Source: Laetmonice hystrix (Eukaryota). From it: a stretch of DNA of 64,000 nucleotides. Position numbers and translations under genes: made by a program. The stretch covers positions 17,734,001 through 17,798,000 of the forward strand of contig OZ249436.1 in assembly GCA_965235115.1 (NCBI GenBank), written 5' to 3'. The notes under the pieces were generated by a model. The model was not told where the DNA came from. It ran no database searches and saw only the letters and a list, made by a program, of their open reading frames with translations. Below, piece after piece: positions 26,070 through 38,360 of this stretch; positions within the stretch are counted from its first letter, which is position 1; every line of letters begins with the position of its first letter.

Positions 26070-26770
26070 TGAAACCGCGGGATTTTCAAAATGTGTGAAA
26101 ATTTCACGGCGGTTCTAAAGACCGTGGATCACCGACTTAATTGCTGCCTCGTTGCTGCCTTGTTGTCACCTTTCACACCCCTTTAGAACCGCTTAAAGGG
26201 GGATTTTATGAGAAACGTGAAAAATCGGTATTTAAAAGAACTTTTGCTATTTTTATAAAGATATCCTTCATTAAAATTGCTTGCTAAACAAAGACAGACT
26301 TATCAGTTTTATTTTGCGTGAGAAATCAACTTTTATGAAGCTCCCTTGCCCGCTTCTCTGCCAATTTCGTAAAATATTTTTTGGGTGCCATTCTGATGCC
26401 GGACGATCGAGTGCAACTGCTGCACTCAACCTTGCTTCACCCGACTGAACCGCAACACAACTCCCTCTGAACCGTTGTCACAGTGTTGTCACCTTGTTGC
26501 CACCTTTGCTAGCCATTTTAAGCGGTTCTGCCGGGGTGTGAAAGATGAAAACAAGGCAGCAACGAGGAAGCAAGTCGGTGATGCACGGTTTTGAGAACCG
26601 CCGTGAAATTTCATTTTGGAAATCCCGCGGTTTCACGGTGTCTGGGCGATGTCATTGAGGTTCACCACGGGTTTGAGCCGTGCTGAACCGCCCTCAGAAC
26701 CGCCCCCGTGTGAGGCCTGCTCATGGCTAATATAGTGAAGGTGGAAGTAGGTGGCAACAAGGTGACAACT
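26070..26770. mobile_element. Older degenerate palindromic element
   Basis: Imperfect inverted repeat 26070-26197 / 26517-26635; repeated GTTGTCACCTTGTTGCC and GAACCGC motifs continue up to the fold-back insertion site. Confidence 0.55.
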
Positions 26771-26951
26771 AGGTAGCTAGTTATGGAATACCGGTGACGA
26801 AATTCGACTTTCACTTCAACTTACACATACACTTGCACTTCAACTTTCACTTTCACTTCAACTTAGACAAACACTTGCACTTCAACTTTCACTTACACTT
26901 CGGTTTCATCTTTCACTTGCACTTTTACTTAGCCCTTCATCATGTGACTTC

Positions 26952-27060
26952 GGGCCGTATTTTAGAACTATCCTTAAGTTAAAGGATCTCCTTTAGTCTA
27001 TTGCAATTCAATAGACAAAAGGAAATCCTTTGCCTTATGGATGGTTCTAAAATACGGCCC
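26952..27060. mobile_element. 109-bp hairpin MITE (Harbinger/Tourist-type), copy in left arm
   Basis: TIR GGGCCGTATTTTAGAAC...GTTCTAAAATACGGCCC; 3-bp TSD TTC on both sides. Confidence 0.8.
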
Positions 27061-27260
27061 TTCGACTTCGGCATTTACGGAAATGGCCGAGGGCTTCCGA
27101 TGTATTTCTTGCACGCATGCGTACAATATTAAAAGGACAGTTTTGTGACCTAAACTGTCCTTTTAATATTGTACGCATGCGTGCAAGAAATACATCGGAA
27201 GCCCTCGGCCATTTCCGTAAATGCCGAAGTCGAAGGGCCGTATTTTAGAACCATCCTTAA

Positions 27261-29056
27261 GGAGGTATGATCGTCAGAAATGAAAGTATTGCAAAACCTC
27301 TGAAAAGCTTCCTAATTCAACTACTCTAATAGGATAGTCGAAATATGGAAAAAAATATATGTGTCACCATCCTAATTTGGTTTCCATGGCAACATTTATA
27401 TATTCAGGAGTGTAAAAAATGGCAAAATATACATATTTTCGACTTTTCTCATTTCGACACCCAAATATATTTTATTTACATGTTTCTTCTGTCACAAAGT
27501 CATCTAGACACATCAAACTTTAAGACAATATCGATTTGGAGTAGTTTCTACCTGTTTTTATATTTTTCTTGGACCTTTTAAAATTTAAAAATATTAAAAA
27601 ATACGTATTTGTTATGTTAATTTTACATTTTAACAATGTTCTCATATTGTAATATCCCCTATTTTCTTCCTGTGTATAGCCAGGGCTATATTTAAGCAGA
27701 TCGTGAAAAAAAATCACATGGCTACCATGCTAATTTTTGGTATATCACCCTTTTATGTACACACTACCGGGTACCCAAAACAGTAAATTTGGCTCGACTC
27801 TTAATTTATGTATGTAGAGTATTCATTATTTCTTTGAGAGAGCGTTCCAAATGACATATCAAATCAAAGTGAAACGTCTTCCAGTGATTTATAAGCAATT
27901 CCAGTGACGAATAGGCCTATAACTTAGTTAAAAAAAGGTAAAAATATTAAAAATTACAAAATATTTTTAAAATATTAAAAAATGCGATCAGATTTTAATT
28001 TCAGGAGGGATGAGCATCAAAAATATTGTCAAACTTCTAGAAAAAGCTTCCTAAGTTAAGAACTCCAATAATAGAGTCGAAATAAACAAGCATACAACAT
28101 AAGAAATTCTGGACAACGTAGGTGGGGTGTAGGCAGGGCTGTAACCTGCCAAGTGGCCGGGGGGGGGGGCCGGGGGGGGGGGGGGGTTACAAAGTCTTCG
28201 ACCGCATTCGGCACCCTTTGTGTGGCTCCAATAAAGGTCAGATAGGCCTATATAAAAAAAAGTCTATAATTTATTTTTAAGGCTGGGCCCAAGGAGGGTT
28301 ACAGACACCCTGCATTCGGCACCCTTTGTGTGGCTCCAATAAAGGTTAGATAGGCCTATATAAAAAAAAGTCTATAATTTATTTTTAAGGCTGGGCCCAA
28401 GGAGGGTTACAGACACCCTGTAACCACCCCCCCCCCCCGCCTTGGTAGGCCCTCCAGAAGGTCGCCCTATATCTCCCGCCCTCCGAGGCAGAGTGGGAGC
28501 AGAGCGGAGCGGAGGCCGCCACCCGCCCGGCCAGTTGGCCGGTCCTCCCGCTGAGCACCTCCCTGCCTGACACCGTTCCCCCTGACACTCGTGAGTCAGC
28601 CGCGTGTTCCCTCTCGATCGCGTTGTCGTAATCGGATTCAATGCACACTTATGACAAGTTGTATTTGTATATATACCTATAGGCCTATAGTGCATAAAAT
28701 GGCGTTTAAGAGAGAGTGGTGTTCAAATAATGTGATAATCTTCTAATTTTATGGATTTTGCAACCAGTCTTACATGCACTGTCGTAAACTAGCTGTCCGA
28801 ACTGACTGACGGTGCGCAAACATTGCGCAGTGGCCCAAACTACGTGACGATCATACCTCGAAATGAGAAATGTCGAAAATATGTATATTTTGCCATTTTT
28901 TACACTCCTGAATATATAAATGTTGCCATGGAAACCAAATTAGGATGGTGACACATATATTTTTTTCCATATTTCGACTATCCTATTAGAGTAGTTGAAT
29001 TAGGAAGCTTTTCAGAGGTTTTGCAATTTACTTTCATTTCTGACGATCATACCTCC
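27261..29056. mobile_element. Non-autonomous Kolobok-like DNA transposon (1.8 kb)
   Basis: TTAA TSD (27257-27260, 29057-29060). GG...CC termini (RR..YY is Kolobok-type rather than piggyBac). Near-perfect inverted repeats of about 197 bp (27261-27457 / 28858-29056). AT-rich interior with no transposase ORF. Confidence 0.85.
28204..28420. repeat. About 108-bp tandem duplication inside the Kolobok-like element
   Basis: GCATTCGGCACCCTTTGTGTGG...GTTACAGACACCCT x2. Confidence 0.85.
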
Positions 29057-29161
29057 TTAAGGCAAAGGATTTCCTTTTGTCTATTGAATTGCAATAGACT
29101 AAAGGAAATCCTTTAACTTAAGGATAGTTCTAAAATACGGCCCGAAGTCACATGATGAAGG

Positions 29162-29327
29162 CAGGGCCGTAGCCTGGCCCAAATGCGAGGGGGGGGGGGC
29201 AGTAGGCCTGCCAAGTAATAGCGCGTCATTGCGCCGGTCGAGCTGGCCCGGGGTGTGGGTTAAAAAACACAAAAAACTGGAAATCCCAGGGGGGGCAGCT
29301 GCCCCCCCCCCGGAGGCTACGGCCCTG
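29162..29327. mobile_element. 166-bp MITE with CAG termini and 5-bp TSD
   Basis: 14-bp TIR CAGGGCCGTAGCCT / AGGCTACGGCCCTG; TSD GAAGG. The empty site GATGAAGGGCTAAG is preserved in the opposite arm of the host element. Confidence 0.88.
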
Positions 29328-30169
29328 GAAGGGCTAAGTGAAAGTGCAAGTGAAAGGTAAAACCGAAGACAGCGAAGTGTAAGTGAAAGTTGAAGTGCAG
29401 GTGTAGACCTATGTCTAAGTTGAAGTGAAAGTGAAAGTTGAAGTGCAAGTGTATGTGTAAGTTGAAGTGAAAGTCGAATTTCGTCACCGGTATTCCATAG
29501 CTAGTAGATGATACGGAAAAGCACGCATGCTCGTACTCTGGAGACTACGACCCTGCTGGTTAGGAATTGTGGGAAGTCAAATCGACTTGTGCAATCGTAT
29601 CTGAATAGTTCAGCAAAGTAGGTTGCATTTGAACTGTTTCAACTCAAATTTAAATCTTTAAATCTGCCGGCCATGGCAGATGTCCCTATAGTGTCACACG
29701 CCATTAAAGATATTGAGCAGCAGGTATTAATGTGGTATTTTATGTGGGGTACACATCAATAAATAAAATAACAAGAAAATGAAAACTTGTCAGCCGAGCC
29801 CTGTATCCTAACTGTCCCTAATAGAGAGGTTAAACTGTATGACTGGGTTAGACGAACTGTACGAATCCTCTCTCACATACACCGGGGGGTTCCCCCGTCA
29901 GTCGCCTACTGAAAGCCAGAACGATATATTTTAGAGCTCCCATCGCTATGAGACATTCTAGGACTCCTCATCTTATTCGATGTACGGGCCAAGAAGGAAC
30001 AGATCGAGGGGCCCGTTTCACTAACGGTGACATCCCCGCGTGCCACTAAAATGTCCCTCCCCGGCCCATCCAGTGATGAGGGATTTGTCGCCAGGATGTC
30101 CCTAGAACGAGATTGTCGCCGCTCTGGAGCATCTCCCGTTAGTGAAATGGGCCCCTGTGACATAATCAG

Positions 30170-30320
30170 GGCCCAGTTTCAGAAAGATTAGGATCGTAAT
30201 TAAAGTTAAGCTCTGCTAAGGGCCTTTCATTGGCTGGTTGAAGCTGAGCAGCAGAGGACCAGCCAATCAGGGTTCCTAAGCATAGCTTAAGTTAAGATGC
30301 TAACCTTTCTGAAACGGGCC
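30170..30320. mobile_element. 151-bp hairpin MITE, Harbinger-type
   Basis: Ends GGCCC(A)GTTTCAGAAAG ... CTTTCTGAAACGGGCC; TSD CAG; almost wholly palindromic. Terminus resembles that of the 16643 element. Confidence 0.82.
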
Positions 30321-33300
30321 CAGATCTTAAAATTAATCTTAAAGGAATGGAGAGCATTCAATATCTGAGGATCAGGCTCAGTGTGCATCACATCTATCTC
30401 TATACCAGGGGTGGGGGTGAGAGTAGGGTGGGGGTTAGGGTGAGGGTGGGATGGGATAAGAGTGGCTCCAGAAGCTGTTGCCAGGTAGCCGGGCCGTCCA
30501 GTATCGTCGCCCCTGAACCACGCATGCGCTGACGTTATGACTTCCCCTCCCATGGTGACGCTCGAGTTGAAGCGGGGACTGACACAAAATACCCCCATCA
30601 CACCCATGTCATCTCCATGGCAACGGCAGCGTCTATGAATCCGTTCCCACATCATTGATCATGAAGCAATCGTTAGGATTCACCAGCCAACATGGATGAG
30701 CTTCTCCTGGCTTTACTCCGTTTTTCCCGTCCTTTTCAACAAGTGAAATCTTCGTGCCCGGTGTAGGACCTACACCGTCGATTGATCACACCATTATTCC
30801 AGCTGGATGCCCTTTATGAAAACGTACTTTTTCAGTCGACAAAATCTGAATTGCGCGTTTCCCGGCCACTGCTCGGCGTGAGAATCTGTCGTCTCTCGGA
30901 CCAATCAATGATCACCCATTCCAACATCTTTCAATCATCATACCGGTGAGGAATCCCAACGTTTGTCTTGTCTATAACGTCTACTCATCCCCAGTAAACA
31001 GGGGGTCAGGGCAGCCATGTTTCCGTCATCCCTCGCGCTCAGCTGGCCTTAACGTATCATCTGCCAGAAACCGGCCAGAGGTGAAAAAAAGTTAGAGGGG
31101 GGGGGGGGGGGGGAGGAGCCCGAGAACAGCCGGGTTTGGTCCTAACCTGGTCATAATCTCGTCACTTTAGCATTGCGAATCTCATATGAGCCGGCAACTC
31201 TCAACTTCTCAATATTATTATTTCATGGTTAGGACGCTTTCATTTTTGTACCGTACAAAACAACCTGCTTCACGTATGAAAGAATACTTTTCATTTTTTT
31301 ACATGTCAAAATTGACACAAACTTGGTCGACGAAAGTGTGTTTTCTCATCACTATGTTAAACCAATGGAGAAATTGTGACGTAACAATGATTTAAGGACC
31401 AAAGTGCCGCGTTTCGAGGCTAGTTCTGCTCATTTACATGTCAATGACACGTAACTTGCACTTCCTGGGAGAATAATAAAGAGAATGAAAAGGAGATAAT
31501 CGGGGCCTATAGGAAGTGACGTCGTCCTGTGGGGCGATAATTGGTAGACCAGAGCCACTTTCGGGGAATGGCGCACAGTTGTAAACATAGGGGAATCGCG
31601 GCATGTGACGATACAAGCAGAGTTAAAAATATTTTGAGACTAAATTTAGACTTATCATCCAGAGACAGAAATCATCTGTGTAAAATTGGAAATTAATAAT
31701 TGCAGTAGGCTTGGTGGGGAATCTCGTAAGGTTTGGTCCATTTCTTTAACCACTGCCGCCAAGCGGCGTATTCCCCAGAATTGGTAAATTCCCACAAGAT
31801 TTTGACGGAACTTTCACTCCCTATTTAAGACAAATCAGGTAGAATATGCCTCCTCCTCTCGAGGAGAGCAAGAAGTGGAGAAGGGCCCTCCTAGTCGCCC
31901 GATCAAGGGTATAGTGGGGTATGACGTGTACTCCCGTATAGGCCTTGGATCCGACTACCTGAAGATGTTGTAATTATATCTGTGAATTGTGTCGTAACAC
32001 GATCTACCGTGTCCCACCCAGGTCGGTCGGCGGAAAATTCGCAGCTTCTCGGCGTTCTTACCTCACTTCCGGTCACATGACCCCCACTCGCACTCCGTAC
32101 CCACCTACACCCCCGCCCCTTGTCCTGACTGAACCCGACACCGAGCCGTCCTCTCGAAGCCACTCGCCTGCCCACCCCTCGAAGGGCGATACCTTGATAT
32201 GATTTGTCGACATGCGTCTCCATCAATACGACATGGATTCTGGCGCCGCTCATGACATGCGCAGTCGGTCCTGCCCACCGCGTCACGTGTTTCCGCCAGA
32301 CCACGAACACGAGGCCCGAGTTTTGTCAATCATGTAATCTAGCGTGAGGTGTCATACGTAAACTAGATTGTCACGTCAACTGTCAGTGGTAAGTGGGAAG
32401 CACTCCTGACATTACCCCACGGCCTCGAGGGGAGGATGTGAGACTGGAGGCCTGGTCTGAGGACTGGAGAACACTACTGGAGGAGAGCTGGCAACAGGAC
32501 AGTGACCTGGTCAGGGGCAGACCAGTAAACACATCGGTATAACCCTGATTTAATAAAGGTGGATATCGAATCAAATGTACAATATTCATTAACGCACGCT
32601 GTTTGTTCCCAACGCTTAAAAGAGAAGAAAAGAAAATGTGGCAACGAATATAAATCTAAAGGAAGTTGATGGCCACGAAGTCCTTCTCTCGGGACCACGG
32701 GGAAGTTGATGGTCTCCATACCTGTCTCAGGACCCCCCACGCTCCACCCCCTCCACCCCCACTCCCCCCCACCCAACACCACCCCCTTCCGCCTCGCTTC
32801 GCCATCCCCGGGCCGACGGGCGCGCCGTCTGGTGGTCTAGCTTTGCGCGACGTCATGACGGTCGTGAGTTATGGCCGCGATCACCGGACGTGGCCGGACG
32901 CTGTCGTCCGTCCTACATCGTCTCGGCACACGGACCGACTAATTTAATGGTCACTAATGCACAATTTGCCGAAGATGTTATTACAAATTCACCACATTTG
33001 TCGTCGTGCGCGCGCCGGTCGATGCTGATTGGCGGAGCCGGTCCCTTAACCGGAAGTGTCCGCACGACACGCCAGATTCTATCACAGCCTCGTTCTGATT
33101 GAGGAAACCTTCTGGATGAGGACTTTTGTGGCGGAGACAGGGATATGGAGGGGGTGATCCTTTGTAGAGCAAGACAAATCTGCTCAAAAATGATCGAGAT
33201 CGAGGCTACTTTCGGATCACATGACATTATCATGTACAGGTCGAGGAAACATGACGGCGAGAAAAGTGAAGACCGAGGGAGGAACCAAGGCCCATGTAAC

Positions 33301-35011
33301 GTGAACGTACGTGATCAAGGTTAATTGACCGTTCTCCGCCAAGCAGACGATTGTGGCGCCACCTACGTCCGGTCTAAGAACGGAGGATGGTACCCGACCT
33401 GCAGCTCGGCCGGGGTGGGGGGTGACGATAACGAGGTGGCCAGGTAATACGACTGGGCTAAAAGGGATCCCGGGGTGGATTAGTACCAGGGGTGTCGGCC
33501 TGGATGATGGCTGGGATTAGTGTGGTTCCAAGCCGGGAGGAGGCATTGGTCCCGCGTCCCGCCGAGGACGGGCCGGCCGGCGGGACGAACTGGAGGGGAC
33601 GAGTCAGGGGAGGACGGGCCGGCGGGACGGGCTGGGGGAGGACATGTCCAACCAACCAAATCCCTCGGCCTTATCTCGGGGGGGGGGGGGGGGCAGACCG
33701 ACAGACAGACAATCAGAAAACAGAAAATCCTTGGCCGGGTCTGATCATACTTCTCGTCAAATAAATACGCCCACTCACATTTCACTCTAAATATTTGGGT
33801 GATTTCCTGTTTCACGTGAAATACGCTGGACGTATATTCATGAACACTGTTTGACCAGTGTTTGAACCGAATCACCCCAGTAATAAGCCAGCAGTCCCGT
33901 GTTGTAGTTCGGTGTACTGTGTCTGCTGGCCGTCACACCAGACCAGTATGTATGCGATTACTTTGACATCAGAAGCAGACACTATTAATCGTATTATTTA
34001 TGGTCAGTATATGTTTGTCATTCGGAGCGGGCTCCACCATCCGAGGTTGTATGAGGGATGAAGGGCCTGCATCAGCCACGGAGGTCGGGGAGGGGGGGGA
34101 CGCCCCCACCCCCTCCGTCCCTGACAGGCGCCGTTTTAACTAAACCTCTCCACCGGTTATCGGAGGTACGGAGTGGGGCCCCGGGCCGGGCGGGTTGTTA
34201 CACACAAACAGCGCCCCCTGTCTCCGGTTGATGGATCTATCCCGGTGCTCTATGATATCCGGGTCTTATGGCTACAACATATCACAAATTGGAAGCGATG
34301 ATAAGATCTGGGCCGCGTCCACCAAGTATTCTGATGTTACTGCTTGAGTTAAGGACTTGGTATTCGTGACTTTAGTACCGAGCTCCTAGGTCACGTGACA
34401 AACGTCAAACATACTCGGCTACAACTGTCACTTACAGAGCCGTGTAATCTGCTCAGCCTTTCTCTCTGTTTTTATATTTTTATATTTTATACTGTGACTC
34501 CCTTTTCACGGATGGGACTTTGCGACCACTCTCTGACTCTGTACTGGCATGCCGAATGGCAGTGTCCGGTCGTATATAATGAGAACTCCCCGCTGCCTCA
34601 GGGATGGAATTTCTGTCGGAAATCCACGGTAAGGTTTGTAGACCTACTCAAGGTGAGAGGAACCTGAATTCACTGTGACGATACGTATGTCCATAGTTTG
34701 AAATGGTTGCCCCTAGCATTACGTTTTTATATATTTGACCTGAAAGTCCTTTCCTCCTATATAAGTAGGTTCAATGCAGAATTTTTGACTGAATCCGTTT
34801 GCAGCCATGCATGAGAATAAAAAGAAAATGAACTATGGTCCCAGAATGACGACATCATACCGTTACAAATGACTCTCCGTTCACCGTGTGTTCTGGAGAT
34901 CTGCCTACATGACTTTGTATATAACAGTCAACCCGCATAGACGCCCACTTGTCATCCCTCTTTGAAAAGGCCGCAAGGAATATTTTAAAACTAATGCGAT
35001 CATTTTCAACA

Positions 35012-35135
<124 letters not shown>

Positions 35136-36764
35136 AACTCATCGTAACAAACTCACTGCGTTGTCTGATTGCAGTATTACGTGAATTCATGGACTATTAA
35201 TGTTACGTTATCCTGTCTGACCTCAATAAGTGTCGCTGTACCTCTCAACCAATCACAGGACGACACGTGTCAACACGGAGTAATCCCATTGCATGTTGAC
35301 GTCACAAGTCCATCGTCCTTTGAATCCTGCTCTGATGCCTCAATGACTGCTGACTAACCGATATGATGTGACAGGAAAGGCATTATCTAATGCTGACAAG
35401 CAGCAACTGGATTCATCATAATAATTGCAAATTATGGGGCATTGCTGAAGGCATATCCCATTAGTTTAGCTTAGTGGTTTAGCCCCTCATCATAACTCCT
35501 TTAAGACAACGGAATCGAACCTATACGTAATTGAATCTTTTTATTATTGCTTTGATTTGACTTACTTTGACATGTTTACGAACAGTATACTTCTAACATA
35601 AAGTAAAGCTTCACGCGTATGCGCATATATACACAGGGACGTAGATATGTGATTACAAAAGCCCCCCCCCCCCCCTCCATCCTCACGCAAACAGCTGGAA
35701 AGTGCCTATAGTTGTAGCTCTCACTTGGAGGCGAATACAACACCACAAAGGGAGTGTTGGCGAGGACAGCGGATATGAAGTCTAGAGGTGAAAGGTCACA
35801 ATTAAGTGTTGCATTTCAGGATTGACTGCAGCAGAAATGCGGTGGAAAATTACTTGGTCGTCTCGTAACGATCGCCACGCCGTTTGAGCCCCTAGCGGCT
35901 AAGGCAGGACACCGGCCTGTGTGTTTTCCCTCTCTAAATGGTACTCGACTCAAGAGGTTCAATCAGCAAATTGGCACATTGTCCTGTGTATCAATTCGGA
36001 GTGATCGCGTCGCCAAGGGCGGTGCCTTCCTCACGCCTCACGTGACGTGACGTGACGCTGCGTCCAGCTGGTGGCTCCCCCTAGTTGCAGCGTCCCCTCG
36101 GCTCCGTGGTCCACCGACAGACTACATATCAGCATTGATCCTAGGCGAGAGTCTGCCGCCCTCGGCTTCGATAATCCCTGACATGATTGGGTGTGGCGCC
36201 GAATCCCCCGCTCACCATTCGTACATATTCGCAATCAGTGTCCGAAAGGCAATCGCCGTTTGCAGTGTGTGTAGTAATTTGGCCTATTTTGTGTCTCATT
36301 AGGGCCCTTTAGGACCAATTTGTTGATATCGTCTGAACTACAGCATAATCTCCAAAGTGCAGATTCCTAACGCAAAGTCGACGATGTAAATGGGACAAAG
36401 CCATGTTGAAAAGAAGCTGACCCTGTGCAGCTCAGAGATAATGGTCCACCATTAAAACTGTGGGTTTACGCTACATTACAGGATGTGGTGGTGCTTGGTA
36501 TGTGAGAGGGATGTTTGGATGAGTCTTATTCAGTCATCGTGCTGTGAAAGATAGTGGTGCAGCCACGAAATCCGACAGAGCGTATATACTCGCTTAAAAA
36601 CACTCCAATATGTAAAGACGGCTGGCCAGTTTGAAGGTATTTTTGTGATGTAGTGGCGTTTTCCTTGCTAAGGAGCCACGTGATTCCACGAGCTGCATCG
36701 AAAAATAAAAATAGGAAACGGTGGATTCTGTACGGACCTCAGTGTATGGTTCAGTAAAGTGTTT

Positions 36765-37092
36765 CCGCCATTTGTGGTTTGCACCATCTGTGGTTTGTGC
36801 CACGAGTGGTTTATGCCATGAGTGGTTTGCGCCATGAGTCGTTGATGCCATGACAGTAAGATGTTTGGTTTGTGCCATGACATTAAGATGTGTGGTTTAC
36901 GCCATGACAGTAATATGTGTATAGAATATAACAGTATATATAATGTTTGGTTTGTGCCATGACATTAAGATGTGCGGTTTACGCCATGACAGTAATATGT
37001 GTATAGAATATAACAGTATATATAATGTTTGGTTTGTGCCATGATAGTAAGATGTTTGGTTTACGACAGTAAGACGTGTGACGCCATGACAC
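36765..37092. repeat. Degenerate GCCATGAC.../TGGTTTG repeat with an 82-bp duplication
   Basis: Recurrent TGGTTTGTGCCATGACA(G/T)TAAGATG; block from about 36863 repeated at about 36945. Confidence 0.75.
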
Positions 37093-37872
37093 AAAGGTAT
37101 ACGCCATACGTATGTAGTTTATTATACAGTTCAGAGGAAATGGTGTCAATGCATCAGTAAATGATGTCGACCTCGCAGTCTCTATTTGTCACATGCCACC
37201 ATCACCATCGCCACCACCATGCACCCACTATCTTGGTGATGAAAGGGCGCGGTAAGGGAGAGGGATCTTACTCTTTCAGTAAATAATACATTTAATGTAT
37301 TCGATTGTCGAAGCAGATACAGTAGTATAAGGAGCGGTGTGTATATTATGGTGTTTTCGTTTTGCATGTCGAGAGTAACGGGACCGCATTCCTTCTCCTT
37401 GCAGGCGCTTGGTATTCTATAGATATACATAATAAAAGAAAATAAAGCGATTCCTTGGGTGTCGACATTTTGTTATGAATATTAGGGATGCGAACCACTG
37501 ACATGCACATAACGTGTGGAACGGGGAGAAACTCAGGCTTGAAGAAAACATTTCGCTGACGGTAATAAGGCTTCATGTCCCAGGGGTAAGATCGTATCAG
37601 GGTTGCTGACCGCAAGGGACTGCTCTGAAGGAAACATTTAAGCGTAACTGACTTATAAACCCCTGTGGATCCCAGGAAGGACGACACTTTGAGCATTGCT
37701 GGCGTAGTTTTCCAAGAAGACTGTCGGCTCTATCAGGCCTCTGGGCCCGCGCTCTCATTCATGGATTCTAATAGTGCCTTTGTTGGGCCATCCGTACCCA
37801 GCCGATCTCTCCCGAGTCTTCCCGACCGATACCGAGCGTCTCTCTCGGTGGCGGCGAAGGCCAGCCGCCCGC

Positions 37873-38182
37873 TGACCGTCCAGAGGGACTGATCCGTGCC
37901 GTGCCGTGCCGTGCCGTGCCGTGCCGTGCCGTGCCGTGCCGTGCCGTGCCGTGCCGTGCCGTGCCGTGCCGTGCTGTGCTGTGCTGTGCTGTGCTAGGGC
38001 TGGGCGATCGGTAGAGTCTCACCCTCCCGGTGACCCGGCCCGGGCCGGCCATACCCGGTGACCGTCCAGAGGGACTGAGCCGTGCCGTGCCGTGCCGTGC
38101 CGTGCCGTGCCGTGCTGTGGCTGGGCGATCGGTAGTCTCACCCTCCCGGTGACCCGGCCCGGGCCGGCTATACCCGGTGACC
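37873..38182. repeat. Two-unit tandem duplication, each unit carrying a (GCCGT)n pentanucleotide tract
   Basis: TGACCGTCCAGAGGGACTGA-(CCGTG)n-...GGCTGGGCGATCGGTAG...ATACCCGG x2; the microsatellite is longer in the first copy. Confidence 0.88.
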
Positions 38183-38360
38183 TCTCACGCCGGTCTGTTT
38201 GAATGTATTGTTTCTTGGATGGGTTGCTGGGATACGCAGGATCAAGGGTGATCCATCAGCCCTGGACCGGACCGTCCGGGGGGAGGGTGGATATTAATAC
38301 GTGCGGTAATAACTCCCTCGCGCCGTGTCGGACGCTGAAATCGGCGGCTTCTGCTGGCAT

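Larger units (their letters stand above)
27235..29143. mobile_element. Same 109-bp MITE, mirror copy in right arm, split by the Kolobok-like element (27235-27260 + 29061-29143)
   Basis: Reverse complement of 26952-27060 once 27261-29060 is removed; flanked by GAA/GAA. Confidence 0.8.
26782..29499. mobile_element. Non-autonomous fold-back (palindromic) DNA transposon, IS3EU-like termini, carrying nested insertions
   Basis: Ends TATGGAATACCGGTGACGAAATTCGAC ... GTCGAATTTCGTCACCGGTATTCCATA; 6-bp TSD GCTAGT (26776-26781, 29500-29505). Arms of about 360 bp meet at an 8-nt loop (27144-27151). TAY..RTA ends with a 6-bp TSD are described for IS3EU; the superfamily call is inference. Confidence 0.85.

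Noticed and set aside
27261..29056. piggyBac assignment for the TTAA element
   Set aside because: Termini are GG..CC rather than the CC..GG typical of piggyBac; Kolobok fits better.
29805..29839. Tc1/pogo-like terminus (...AGAGAGGTTAAACTG|TA)
   Set aside because: Only one end seen; no matching TIR found by eye.
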